Assembly: GCA_900498215.1 (NCBI GenBank)
Contig: LR026962.1
Coordinates: 1,312,679 to 1,373,524 of the forward strand
Direction: 5' to 3'
DNA from: an uncultured Paludibacter sp.
Lineage (GTDB): Bacteria > Bacteroidota > Bacteroidia > Bacteroidales > Paludibacteraceae
DNA length: 60,846 bases
The notes beneath the pieces are model-generated. The model had not been told where the DNA came from and did not search any database. It was given only the letters and a program-made list of their open reading frames with translations. Positions 8,400 to 18,700 of this stretch are shown in pieces (the first letter of the stretch is position 1; the number at the start of each line of letters is the position of its first letter). The translations under genes and the position numbers were made by a program.

Positions 8400-10217
8400 T
8401 TAACCCGCTATTTTTTGTTTCTTTTTTGATAATTCTTTCTTTTTAGGCAGTGTAACCGTGCTTTTTTCAATATAAGCCAACACATCGCCCTTACGTACTA
8501 TATCTCCTTGTTTTTTCTCAATTCCCACCAAGCGTCCATTACAAAAGCTTACCACATCTTCCCATCCGTAGTTTGTTTGAATAACGCATACAGTGTCAAA
8601 TTCACTCAAATATTTTCCGAAAGGAGGTGCTACCGATTTTTCATTAAAATCAAGTTCCCAAAGCACACGTCCTGAATAAGGAGCAATAATTGGTTCGGCG
8701 TTTGGATGTTTCAACGCACGAATATCAATTTTTTTGATGTCTGCCGTTTTTTCATATTTGGCTTTAATGGCAGTTTCCAATTCTTTTTCGAAACGTTGTT
8801 TTGCTTCGCCCGATTTGTAATCGCGATATTGTTTTTCGTGCATAGCAAATTCAAAAAGTTCTTCATCGTTTTCTCCTCTTTCCCAACCTTTTTCTTCCAT
8901 TTCCTTAATGTATTTAGGAAGTTCATCGGGATAATTGTCTTGCGGATTGCCTGTAAAAAATTCAAAACCGTTCTTTTTAGCCAAATCAACAATTTCCTGA
9001 TCTAATTTTCCCGGCAATTTTCCTGCTTTTCCAAGAATCATATCCCAAGAGTTTTTATCAATCATTGTCCAGCGTCCTTGTCCTTTTTCAATGGAAAACA
9101 CATTCATCAATGCAATATTTTTCACATATTGACTGAAAGGTGTTACCAATGGCGGATTTCCAAGTTTAGGCCAAATATATTTTACTTCATCAAACAGTTT
9201 TACGAGTAATTCATCTTCATTCAGTTCGTTTTTGCCTTGATTTTTACGAGCCGAATTAATTGCTTGGTGTACTCCTTTTAAGTCCGCCATCAACGAGCCC
9301 ATCATGCCTCCGGGAAGTCCGCAACCAACTAATAACGAGGTCATTGTTCTATTGCGTTCATCAATAAAATATCCCAAAAAGTCATCGACAAAACTTTGTG
9401 TCAAACTACGGGCTTCCATATATGCATTCATATTGATTTCAGGCACTTTGAAACCTGCATCTTTCAACATTTGCTGTATGGTAATAACATCGGGATGAAC
9501 CATTCCCCAAGAAAGAGGTTCCATTGCCACGTCCAAATAATCTACTCCGGCTTTTGCAACCTCAAGCATAGATGCAACAGAAAAACCCGGTCCGGAATGT
9601 CCGTGATATTGAATAGGGATTTCAGGATGTTTGTCTTTAATTGCTTTCACAATTTTTCCCAACATTTCAGGTCGTCCTATTCCTGCCATATCTTTCAAAC
9701 AAATTTCATCAGCGCCGGCAGCAATTAATTCTTCGGACATATTAATATAATAATCTACATTGTGTACTTCAGATACAGTTATACACATAGCAGCTTGCGC
9801 AATCATTCCGGCTTCCTTAGCATATTTTATCGAATCGGAAATATTTCTTACATCGTTCAGTCCGTCAAAAATGCGTGTAATGTCCACACCTTGCGCTTTT
9901 TTAACTTTATACATCAAGCGGCGGACATCAGCAGGAACAGGATTCATACGCAAACCGTTCAATCCGCGGTCAAGCATATGCGTTTGAATTCCAACTTCGT
10001 TAAACGGTTTTGTAAACGTACGTACAGATGGATTAGGATTTTCGCCGTACAACAAATTTACTTGTTCTGAAGCGCCTCCATTAGTTTCTACACGAGCAAA
10101 GCATCCCATATCAATAATGACGGGAGCAATTTTTTCAAGCTGATCAATACGCGGCACATATTTGCCCATAGACTGCCACATATCACGATAGACCAAGCTA
10201 AATTTAATTTCTTTCAT
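8400..10217 (-). CDS. OadA/PycB-like carboxyltransferase (HMGL-like TIM barrel) with a C-terminal biotinyl/lipoyl-like barrel lacking the AMKM lysine
   Basis: 605 aa. Contains CLKDMAGIG (carbamyl-Lys region) and QYHGHSGPG (HxH metal site). The N-terminal motif reads YRDMWQS where LRDGHQS is usual. The C-terminus, GRLVGIEKKQGDIVRKGDVLAYIE, has no (A/V)MKM. Confidence 0.7.
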   Translation of the reverse strand: MKEIKFSLVYRDMWQSMGKYVPRIDQLEKIAPVIIDMGCFARVETNGGASEQVNLLYGENPNPSVRTFTKPFNEVGIQTHMLDRGLNGLRMNPVPADVRRLMYKVKKAQGVDITRIFDGLNDVRNISDSIKYAKEAGMIAQAAMCITVSEVHNVDYYINMSEELIAAGADEICLKDMAGIGRPEMLGKIVKAIKDKHPEIPIQYHGHSGPGFSVASMLEVAKAGVDYLDVAMEPLSWGMVHPDVITIQQMLKDAGFKVPEINMNAYMEARSLTQSFVDDFLGYFIDERNRTMTSLLVGCGLPGGMMGSLMADLKGVHQAINSARKNQGKNELNEDELLVKLFDEVKYIWPKLGNPPLVTPFSQYVKNIALMNVFSIEKGQGRWTMIDKNSWDMILGKAGKLPGKLDQEIVDLAKKNGFEFFTGNPQDNYPDELPKYIKEMEEKGWERGENDEELFEFAMHEKQYRDYKSGEAKQRFEKELETAIKAKYEKTADIKKIDIRALKHPNAEPIIAPYSGRVLWELDFNEKSVAPPFGKYLSEFDTVCVIQTNYGWEDVVSFCNGRLVGIEKKQGDIVRKGDVLAYIEKSTVTLPKKKELSKKKQKIAG

Positions 10218-10362
10218 AAAAAGAAAAATAATTACTTAATAAGGTATAAGTTATAAATTGATAGTTATCATTTTTTCAGCTGATAAATCCTTAAAAATCT
10301 TTATAAAAGGTATTCATCTGCTGATTTTCGGTGCAAAGTTCGGAAGTTTTTTTGAATCGACA

Positions 10363-10398
10363 AAAATTAATTAAAGAAATTTTTCTTTAATTAATTTT
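10363..10398. repeat. 36-bp AT-rich palindrome (17-bp perfect arms, 2-nt centre)
   Basis: AAAATTAATTAAAGAAA tt TTTCTTTAATTAATTTT, in the 482-bp divergent intergenic region between the carboxyltransferase and ppk2. Confidence 0.8.
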
Positions 10399-10699
10399 GA
10401 CACAAAGGAAACCAAATAACAATCTGTAAGTAATAGAAATAACTATATAATCAAATGAAATATTTTTAATCAAAAACCGATATTTCCCAAATAAAATAAA
10501 ACAAAAACCCCTAAATAATTTTTAATGGTTATAAATAACAAAGCTCCTACAATTAATAATAAATTGAATAAATTTGTCAAAAAAATTCATTTTTATCAAT
10601 ATAATGAATCCATGATATCTCTCACAATAATTTAACATATACCGAACAAAGAAACCCGGTAAACGTTCTAACTTTAAGATAAATACAAATACAAAAAAT

Positions 10700-11575
10700 A
10701 TGAAATCATTCTCAGAAAAATTCATAGTAAAGCCGGGAGATAAAGTCAATCTCAAAGAATTGGATACAGCTTATTCCGGAGGAATAAAAAAGAAAGAAGG
10801 CGTAAAAGATTTGTTGAAAAATGTAGAAGAACTGGCTTCATTTCAGGAATTATTTTGGGCTGACAATAGCTATTCTTTATTAATTGTACTGCAAGCTCCG
10901 GATGCTGCAGGAAAAGACGGAGCTATTCGCCACGTAATGTCAGGGTTAAATCCGCAAAGCTGTCGCGTGTATAGTTACAAAACTCCGTCACGCGAAGAAT
11001 TAGACCACGATTATCTTTGGAGACACTACAAGGATTTACCTGAGCGGGGAATGATTGGCATTTTTAACCGTTCACATTATGAAAATGTATTGGCAACGAA
11101 AGTAAATCCACAATTTATTTTGAATGAAAATATACCCGGAATTAATGATATAAAAGATATTCACAAGAAATTTTGGAGTCAGCGTTACGAACAAATCAAT
11201 AATTTTGAGAAATATTTGTATCAAAACGGCACACACGTGATAAAATTCTTCTTACACCTCTCAAAAGAAGAACAAAAAGCAAGACTTTTAGCTCGATTGG
11301 AGGAAAAAGATAAAAATTGGAAATTTAGTTCCGATGATTTGAAAGCGCGTGCTCAATGGGATGAATATCAAAAAGCGTATGAAGACATGCTGGAAGAAAC
11401 TTCTACTGATTATGCTCCTTGGTTTGTTATTCCGGCTGATAAGAAATTTTTTGCGCGTGTAGCTATTGGAAAAATTATTGTAGAAAAAATGAAAAGTTTG
11501 GATTTGCATTATCCTTCAGGCGAAACCAAAGAGCAACTTGCACAAGCGCTGGAAACTTTAATGAGCGAAAAATAG
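10700..11575 (+). CDS. ppk2: Polyphosphate kinase 2 family (polyphosphate:nucleotide phosphotransferase)
   Basis: 291 aa. Walker A-like LQAPDAAGKDGAIRHV plus YLWRHYKDLPERGMIGIFNRSHYE, the PPK2 signature. Confidence 0.88.
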   Translation: MKSFSEKFIVKPGDKVNLKELDTAYSGGIKKKEGVKDLLKNVEELASFQELFWADNSYSLLIVLQAPDAAGKDGAIRHVMSGLNPQSCRVYSYKTPSREELDHDYLWRHYKDLPERGMIGIFNRSHYENVLATKVNPQFILNENIPGINDIKDIHKKFWSQRYEQINNFEKYLYQNGTHVIKFFLHLSKEEQKARLLARLEEKDKNWKFSSDDLKARAQWDEYQKAYEDMLEETSTDYAPWFVIPADKKFFARVAIGKIIVEKMKSLDLHYPSGETKEQLAQALETLMSEK

Positions 11576-11581
11576 ATTTTC

Positions 11582-11660
11582 AGAGTCAAAGAGTCAAAGA
11601 ATCAAGGGTCAAGACAAATATTAAATCCTGTCTATATCTAACAGTCTTGGCTCTTGATTC
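11582..11660. repeat. Tandem octamers (AGAGTCAA x2, AGAATCAA, GGGTCAAG) forming the left arm of a 17-bp imperfect inverted repeat; probable bidirectional terminator
   Basis: GAATCAAGGGTCAAGAC (11599-11615) pairs with GTCTTGGCTCTTGATTC (11644-11660) with 2 mismatches and a ~28-nt loop. It lies between the convergent ppk2 and dnaJ. Confidence 0.5.
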
Positions 11661-11671
11661 TAAATACCGTC

Positions 11672-12832
11672 TTACTCAAACATATTTCTGAAATGGGAGA
11701 AGAAATTCTTTGAAGCCGATTGATTTGGTTTCACATTATTGGAGTCTGCCAATTTCTCCATCAATTGTTTTTCTTCCTTATTTAAGTTTTCGGGAATATA
11801 TACACCAACATTTACAAGCAGATCGCCTGTACCGTAACGGTTTACACTCGGAAGCCCTTTTCCTCTTAAGCGCAATACTTTCCCCGGTTGAGTTCCGGCA
11901 GCAATATTTACTTTTACTTTCCCATCCACTGTAGGAACTTCTACCGAACCGCCGAGCGTAGCTACAGGAACCGACACTAAAAGATTATAAATTAAATCAT
12001 TCTCATCTCTAATAAGTTCCGGATGTTTTTCTTCTTCAATAACTATCAATAAATCTCCGTTGATTCCTCCTCTGGGAACCGCGTTTCCTTTTCCGCTCAT
12101 AGAAAGTTGCATTCCTTCCATTACTCCCGCAGGAATATTGATTGAAATTACTTCTTCCTCACGTACAACGCCTTCACCGTTACAATGCGTACATTTATTT
12201 TTAATAATTTTTCCTTCTCCGTGGCATGTAGGACATTCCGTAGTAGTTTGCATTTGCCCTAGAATAGTTTGCTGAACACGCGTTACACGTCCGCTTCCGT
12301 GACACGTACTGCAAGTTTCAGAGCCGGAATTTCCTTCCGCTCCGGTTCCGTGACAATGAGAACAAGCAACAGCTTTTCTTACTTTGATTTTTTTCTCTAC
12401 TCCTGTGGCAATTTCAGCTAAATTCAATTTTACCTTTACACGTAAATCAGATCCGCGACGTATGCGCTGACCTCCACGAGATTGACTTCCGCCAAAACCT
12501 CCAAATCCTCCGAAACCGCCAAAATGTCCGCCAAAAATATCGCCAAAAGCGGAGAAAATATCTTCCATCGTCATTCCGGCGCCACCAAAACCACCTCCGG
12601 CAGCTCCACCTACACCGGCGTGTCCAAATTGGTCGTAACGCTGACGTTTCTGCGGATCGCTTAATATCTCATACGCTTCGGCTGCTTCTTTGAATTTTTC
12701 TTCAGCTTGTTTATCGCCGGGATTTTTATCCGGATGGAATTGAATAGCTTTTTTACGGTACGCTTTTTTTATTTCATCCGCACTTGCCGTTTTCGATACC
12801 TCTAATATCTCGTAATAATCTCTCTTTGTCAT
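11672..12832 (-). CDS. dnaJ: Molecular chaperone DnaJ
   Basis: 386 aa. J-domain with HPD (FHPDKNPGD), a G/F-rich linker and four CxxCxGxG zinc-finger repeats. Confidence 0.97.
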   Translation of the reverse strand: MTKRDYYEILEVSKTASADEIKKAYRKKAIQFHPDKNPGDKQAEEKFKEAAEAYEILSDPQKRQRYDQFGHAGVGGAAGGGFGGAGMTMEDIFSAFGDIFGGHFGGFGGFGGFGGSQSRGGQRIRRGSDLRVKVKLNLAEIATGVEKKIKVRKAVACSHCHGTGAEGNSGSETCSTCHGSGRVTRVQQTILGQMQTTTECPTCHGEGKIIKNKCTHCNGEGVVREEEVISINIPAGVMEGMQLSMSGKGNAVPRGGINGDLLIVIEEEKHPELIRDENDLIYNLLVSVPVATLGGSVEVPTVDGKVKVNIAAGTQPGKVLRLRGKGLPSVNRYGTGDLLVNVGVYIPENLNKEEKQLMEKLADSNNVKPNQSASKNFFSHFRNMFE

Positions 12833-12834
12833 AC

Positions 12835-12876
12835 TTTTTGAGTTTGAAGTTTGAAGTCTGAAGTTTGAAGTTTTCT
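12835..12876 (-). repeat. Heptamer tandem repeat (TTCAAAC on the coding strand, 4 good copies plus 2 degenerate) abutting the dnaJ start codon
   Basis: Plus strand: gtttgaa gtttgaa gtctgaa gtttgaa gttttct (12842-12876). It lies in the grpE-dnaJ spacer. Confidence 0.8.
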
Positions 12877-12906
12877 CGACTACAAACTATAAACTATTAA
12901 CTAAGG

Positions 12907-13461
12907 TTATTCTCCTACTACTACTTTTGGGAAGCGGATAACTTTATCGTTTAATGTGTAACCTTTTGAAACCGTATCGATGATTTTTCCTCTTTTTTCT
13001 TCATCATCCACAGGAAAAGTGGTTACCGCCTCGTGAATATCTACATTGAAAGGTTCATTTTCGGTGGGAATTTCTTTTACGCCATTTGCCTGCAAAAAAG
13101 CAATAAATTTGTTGTAAATTAATTTTTCGCCTTCCTTTATAGCGTCTATGTCTTCCGTATTCTCCATTGCTTTCATTGCACGCTCAAAATCATCCACCAA
13201 CGGAAGGAGATTCACCAGAACTCTTTCACTTGCCGAACTTATCAAATCTGCCTTTTCTTTCAGGGTACGTTTGCGGTAATTATCAAATTCTGCCATCAGA
13301 CGAAGGTTTTTATCTGCCAAATCGGCGCATTTTTCCTTTAAATTTTCGAGATTTTCCACTTCGTTTTCAGCTTTTTGTTCCGTTGTTTCCTGTGGTGTTT
13401 CTTCAACAGAAGCTTCATTTGTTAATTCTACTTCCTCGTTATGATGTTTTTCTTTTTTCAT
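12907..13461 (-). CDS. grpE: Nucleotide exchange factor GrpE
   Basis: 184 aa. Acidic N-terminus, a coiled coil with RLMAEFDNYRKR, and a C-terminal beta-domain GYTLNDKVIRFPKVVV. Confidence 0.95.
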   Translation of the reverse strand: MKKEKHHNEEVELTNEASVEETPQETTEQKAENEVENLENLKEKCADLADKNLRLMAEFDNYRKRTLKEKADLISSASERVLVNLLPLVDDFERAMKAMENTEDIDAIKEGEKLIYNKFIAFLQANGVKEIPTENEPFNVDIHEAVTTFPVDDEEKRGKIIDTVSKGYTLNDKVIRFPKVVVGE

Positions 13462-13495
13462 ATTCTGATTTTTTATTATTCATAAATTTCAACTG

Positions 13496-13503
13496 CAAAT
13501 TTA
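13496..13503 (-). promoter_or_regulatory. Candidate -7 box TAAATTTG for grpE-dnaJ
   Basis: CAAATTTA on the plus strand, 35 nt upstream of the grpE ATG. Confidence 0.35.
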
Positions 13504-13622
13504 CAACAATAAATCTGCCAAAACGTTCTAATCTCTCTTTTTTAAAAGATTTAGGACATTTTGGCAGGGAAATTATTTATATTATTAAAGACGCAATAAA
13601 TTGCTATTGTATAATCAACTTT

Positions 13623-15626
13623 CTAGTTTGTTTTTAACCATTTAATAAATTCTTTCGGATCTTCTGTAAATGGAAAGTAATAATTGTTTAGAGGTTGTCC
13701 GTCAGCTTTCAGCATCACGTAAAAAGGTTGCGCGTTTGCGCCAAATTTATGTCGCTGAAAATAGCTCCATTTGTCTCCTACCGTATTGATTTTGGTTGTA
13801 CGTCCGTTTTCTTGTACTTCATAAGGTTCTAAAAGAGACTTTTTTTCATCTACAAATAATGAAATCAACACAAAATCATTGTTGAGCAAATTTCTCACAT
13901 TATCATCCGTCCAAACCGATGCTTCCATTTTTCGGCAATTAACACATCCGTGACCGGTAAAATCTATAACAACAGGTTTATTCACTGAAGCGGCATAAGC
14001 CATTCCCAAATCGTAATCGGTAAATTTAGGATGAACATCATTTTGATATAAATTAAAATCTTGCGTACGCGTAGGAGGAGCAAATGCGCTTACCGATTTA
14101 AGAGGCGCTCCCCAAAGTCCTGGAACCATATACACCGCAAACGAAAGTGAAATAATCGCCAAAATCACACCTGAAACAGATGTATGTTTGATTTCATCAT
14201 CATGAGGAAAACGGATTTTTCCCAGCAAATAAACTCCAAGCAATGCAAAAATTACAATCCACAAAGCAAGGAATACTTCACGGTCCAATATTCTCCATCC
14301 GTAAGCTAAATCTGCCACAGAAAGGAATTTGAGGGCAAAAGCAAGTTCTAAAAACGCCAATACTACTTTTACTTTATTCAACCATCCTCCTGATTTGGGT
14401 AATGATTTTAAAAGCGAAGGGAAAAACGCAAAAAAGGCAAACGGAATTGCCAATGCAAGCGAAAATCCTAACATTGCTAAAACAGGTCCGGCGGTTAATC
14501 CTTTCGTGGTTACATCTACCAAAACCAAACCAATGATAGGACCTGTGCAAGAAAATGAAACAATTACAAGCGTAAATGCCATAAATAAAATACTTAAAAT
14601 TCCACTGGTGGATTCCGCTTTTGCGTCCATTTTTGTTGACCACGAAGCTGGTAAAGTAATTTCAAACGCTCCGAAAAACGAAATGGCAAATACTACCAGC
14701 AAGAGAAAAATAAATATATTAAATACGGCATTGGTCGAGAGACTATTTAATGCGCTTGCTCCAAATATTAAGGTGATTAACGTTCCCAATACTACAAAAA
14801 TAAAAACAATGGAAAGTCCGTATAAAACAGCGTCGCGACGTCCGCGTTTTTTGTCTTGTGAGCGTTTCAAGAAAAAACTAATCGTCATAGGAATAATGGG
14901 CCAAATGCAAGGCATTACCAAAGCCAGCAAACCTCCTAAAAATCCGGTCAAAAAAATCCACCAGAGCGAATTATGTTCTTCGCCTCCGCCAAAAGGTTTT
15001 AATTTTTCAGTGAGCGGAGCCCATAAATCCTTATTTGAAACAACCAGCGCAGGTTGAACTGTTTTTGTATCTGTCGAATCTAAATTTTCAGTTGCAAGGG
15101 TTTGAACCGGAATCGTTTCGGTTGTCTTTTGGAGAGTTTCTTTTTCTGTGGACTTTGCTATAGATGATTTTACTCCTTGTGTCCCAAAGTTAAACTCACG
15201 CGTTGTTGGAGCCAAACAAGTTTCATCGTTACAAAGCATATAACGCACATTTCCTTTCACGTAAACTGCATTAGCATCGGTAAATGAAATTTTCTGTACA
15301 AAAACAGCTTCGTTCACATACCAATTTAAATCCATATCAAAATTGGGGTCGTGTGACTGAATTAGGTTGGATTTGGCTTGAATTTCACCTACTTTTTTGG
15401 CATTTTCTATGTTTTCAAACGTGATAGTTGTAGGAACAGGACCATCTTTAGGAAGATTTAATCCGTATAAATGCCAACCATTATCGATTTTTGCTTTGAT
15501 AATAACATCTGCCGTAGTTGCACTTGTATTTTTTTTCTCAAATGTCCATTTTACAGGATCTATGATTTGAGCAAAACTGTTCAAAAAAATAAAAAAAGTA
15601 AATAAAAACAATAATCTCAGCTTCAT
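13623..15626 (-). CDS. dsbD: Thiol:disulfide interchange protein DsbD (protein-disulfide reductase)
   Basis: 667 aa. N-terminal periplasmic domain, a central multi-TM CcdA-like core (VMPCIWP, SFSCTGP) and a C-terminal thioredoxin fold with GHGCVNC. Confidence 0.9.
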   Translation of the reverse strand: MKLRLLFLFTFFIFLNSFAQIIDPVKWTFEKKNTSATTADVIIKAKIDNGWHLYGLNLPKDGPVPTTITFENIENAKKVGEIQAKSNLIQSHDPNFDMDLNWYVNEAVFVQKISFTDANAVYVKGNVRYMLCNDETCLAPTTREFNFGTQGVKSSIAKSTEKETLQKTTETIPVQTLATENLDSTDTKTVQPALVVSNKDLWAPLTEKLKPFGGGEEHNSLWWIFLTGFLGGLLALVMPCIWPIIPMTISFFLKRSQDKKRGRRDAVLYGLSIVFIFVVLGTLITLIFGASALNSLSTNAVFNIFIFLLLVVFAISFFGAFEITLPASWSTKMDAKAESTSGILSILFMAFTLVIVSFSCTGPIIGLVLVDVTTKGLTAGPVLAMLGFSLALAIPFAFFAFFPSLLKSLPKSGGWLNKVKVVLAFLELAFALKFLSVADLAYGWRILDREVFLALWIVIFALLGVYLLGKIRFPHDDEIKHTSVSGVILAIISLSFAVYMVPGLWGAPLKSVSAFAPPTRTQDFNLYQNDVHPKFTDYDLGMAYAASVNKPVVIDFTGHGCVNCRKMEASVWTDDNVRNLLNNDFVLISLFVDEKKSLLEPYEVQENGRTTKINTVGDKWSYFQRHKFGANAQPFYVMLKADGQPLNNYYFPFTEDPKEFIKWLKTN

Positions 15627-15755
15627 AACAAGTTTTGTTGGTTTTTTCGTTTTATTTTCTGTGAATTAGAATAATAATTTTACAAAAATAGTGATACTAT
15701 TCTAATACAACAAACTCATAGAAATATTATCGGTTTGTTTATATTTTTTTCACAA

Positions 15756-18700
15756 TTAGCGTGTCAGCATAAATTTGAAACTGATTCCAAAATTAGTGGA
15801 CGAAACAGGGAATGTGCTTGAAATGAGCGGAACAGTACTTTGACGATCGAAGTATAATTGCAAATTCACTTTTGAGCTAAACACATAATCCGCCATACAT
15901 TTTATCGAAATCAATTTATTTCCGCTGGACGCTTGAGTAATATTTTCGCTTACTTTCCTGAGCAGCGTTTTCACATCTTTGTAAGATACATCGGCATTCA
16001 ATTTCAAATCGTTTTTAACCGAAGATTTTCTACTTCCGGAACGCAAGAAAAGTTTAAAATCATTTACGATATATCCAACTCCCACCACAAATTCATCGGC
16101 GTCTGCTTCTATTAACTGTGTACTTGTCAGATTTAATGATAAATTACGCTGTTTTCGATATTCGACTTTGGTAGTAATATTATTTTTCATAGCTATATTT
16201 ACTCCCAAGAGCGGCGAGAAACTTTCCGACATTGAAACGGAAGAAATATCATAAGCCATAGCAGGAATAGGCATATCGCTTTGCACATCGCGAATAAAAC
16301 CAAATTGACTGTTGCTGTCGTCATTCAGCGGAACCCACGTTGAAAACGAAGTGTAATTTCCTATTGTATAACGGTTTGTGTACGCGTGCGTTAAACTCAC
16401 CGAACGGAATTTATCTCTGAAAAACTCAAGATTGGATAACCCGTTATAATTAATATTCCAATTAGGCAGCATTTGTAACAACGACAAAAATGGATTGGTT
16501 GTTACTGTCAACGGATCTCTTCCTGTATATGCCGATAAAAATGCAGGGATTAATACTTCCGGAGAATTTTCATTGAAAGCTCCATTTGTTTCATCATAAG
16601 TAGTTCCTGCATAACTATGTCCGCTTTCTCCCTGGGCAAAAAATCCGGTGGTAGGATAATGCCTATCCTTCATTTGATTTTGCAGACGTGATAAAATTAT
16701 TTTTCTGTTTTCCAGAAACTTATTAAATGTACGGGAATAATAATTTTCGTCTGCCGTACCGATTTTATCAAATGCCGTCGCAATAGCTATTTGCGTAATA
16801 TTAAAGTTTCCGTTAAATGTAGTTGGCATACCTTCATACATATATTGAATCACTTTATTATCAGCCGTTTGACGTTGAGCTGTTAAATCTATTTTTAGTC
16901 CCGGAACAGGTTCTATTGAAACACGAATATTTAAATCGGATGTTTTTGCTTCGTTGGCGGGATTTACTACATCGGTTCCCATATAAACCCAATCCTTGTC
17001 AATGAATTGTTGTAAAGTATTGTCATCGTGCCAGCCAAATGCAAATAATAATCCCGGTGAGAACAATCCGTTCACTTTTTGTTGTCCTAACAACCCCGGT
17101 TGATTCAAAAATCCCGGAACGACTAAACTACTTGTACCTCGATAAGTAACTGATACGCGACGTAAGCCCATTAAAAAACGAGTGGTAAAATCCGTAATTG
17201 ATTGTCCTGCGTTTCTCTCGTTTGGATCTCTACTTGTCATATTGATAGAAACGCCTTCAATATTTGCTGTCGGAGTAATTTCAATACTTCTGTCGTCTTT
17301 CACCTTATAAGGTACCGCCACAGTATTTCCGTTTTTATCTTTTGCCGTTATACTGAATTTTCTACTTCCCAACTGATGATTAATGGTGATTGTTTTATTT
17401 TGCTCAAAATTAACCGTTTGAGAATATTTTTTAGGAGTGAAATTTCTTTTAGGTTGTGATGCCGATTGAGCTCTGCTATTTACATCCTTCAAGTATTTCA
17501 CTTTATTATAAAAAGTTTCAAAATTAAGGTTTCCGTCAAACGACCAATTTCCCATAGATGAAGCAATATTGCCTACATCAGGCATATTATCCAATACAGC
17601 GCTTCTGTTCCAACTGTATGTGGAATTGTAAGTGGCGTTCGCCGTAATCCAATCCAAAAGCGGCAATTTATTTATGGGAACTTCGTAGGAGGCATTAAAC
17701 ACTTGTTGATAAGTGTAAGGCGTTCCCATTTTTTTAATACTTTCCCAAACCTTGTTTTTCCAAGTAGTATAATATTCTTCTCCTATTTCGGGTGTATAAT
17801 AAGATTCTTCAATATTGGCATTCATCACTGTTGTTAAGCCAAACCGTAATCCGCGTGTAAGATTCCACTGAATATCAAATTGACGATTCCACGTAAAATC
17901 TTTACTAAATGAAAGCCCGATGGTGTCTAAACCTTCTGATGGAGAAGAAGCAACGCCATCCAAAGTAAAATTACGCAGTTTTGTTTTTGTAAACGCCCTG
18001 TTTAAATTAGTGCTGTAACTCAACGATGTAGGAAGGAAATAAACATTAAAATCCTTTATTATTTTGAGCGATTTCCCTATTGCCTTTACGTTCTTAAACG
18101 GTTCCCAAGGTTGAGAATTAAAAGAATAAGCATAATTTAATCCCAACCGTTGTACTTTGGTAAGATTTTGTTCTATTTCAGGAGTGTGTTCTTTAGTTAC
18201 GTTGGAAGAATAACTCAATGTAATATTTGCAGGGTCGTAAAATTGCGGTTTTTTACTTTTAATATTTATTTTTGCATTTGCCACATTGAAACTTTCTACG
18301 GTACGCACAATTTGAGTCAAATTCCGTAAAGAATCTTTTTCTGATTCCGTATCTAAATTATCCAATGCGTCTTTCAAAATAATATCTTCGTCAAGCGGAT
18401 TATATTTTGGCGAATTTGTTTCGGTTGTATAAGCGTAGTAAGCAGGTATTTGTAATTTTGCTTTTTCAGGTAAAAATCTTCCCAAATCCAGCGCGGCAGC
18501 AAGGTTGGCTTGATAAAAATCATCTAAACGACGGTCCATAATATTGCTTTCGATGTTTCCGAATCCGGAAGTTTCCATTCTTCCCGAAACATTTACCGAA
18601 CCTAAATCCGATAATCCCACATTTAGATTTGCCAGTGCAGCCCAGCCTCCATCTTCGTCAAATTCCGACATACGCAGTTCGTTTACCCAAATTTCGCCTG

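Noticed and set aside
10522-10755. 77-aa minus-strand ORF in the carboxyltransferase-ppk2 spacer
   Set aside because: It overlaps the ppk2 start, is Phe/Ile/Asn low-complexity, and has no signal, motif or promoter box. It is most likely non-coding A+T-rich spacer.
12835-12876. Short tandem repeats here and at 53233-53281 as CRISPR or minisatellite arrays
   Set aside because: The units are only 7-8 nt with no spacers, and no cas genes are present. They are microsatellite-like leaders, not CRISPR.
14329-15057. 242-aa plus-strand ORF inside dsbD, together with similar long antisense ORFs (1546-1884, 24191-24583, 24587-24973, 32768-33187, 44241-44630, 58907-59305 and others)
   Set aside because: Each lies entirely within, and antisense or out of frame to, a gene with strong family motifs. 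Their translations are low-complexity with no motifs. They are typical shadow ORFs.
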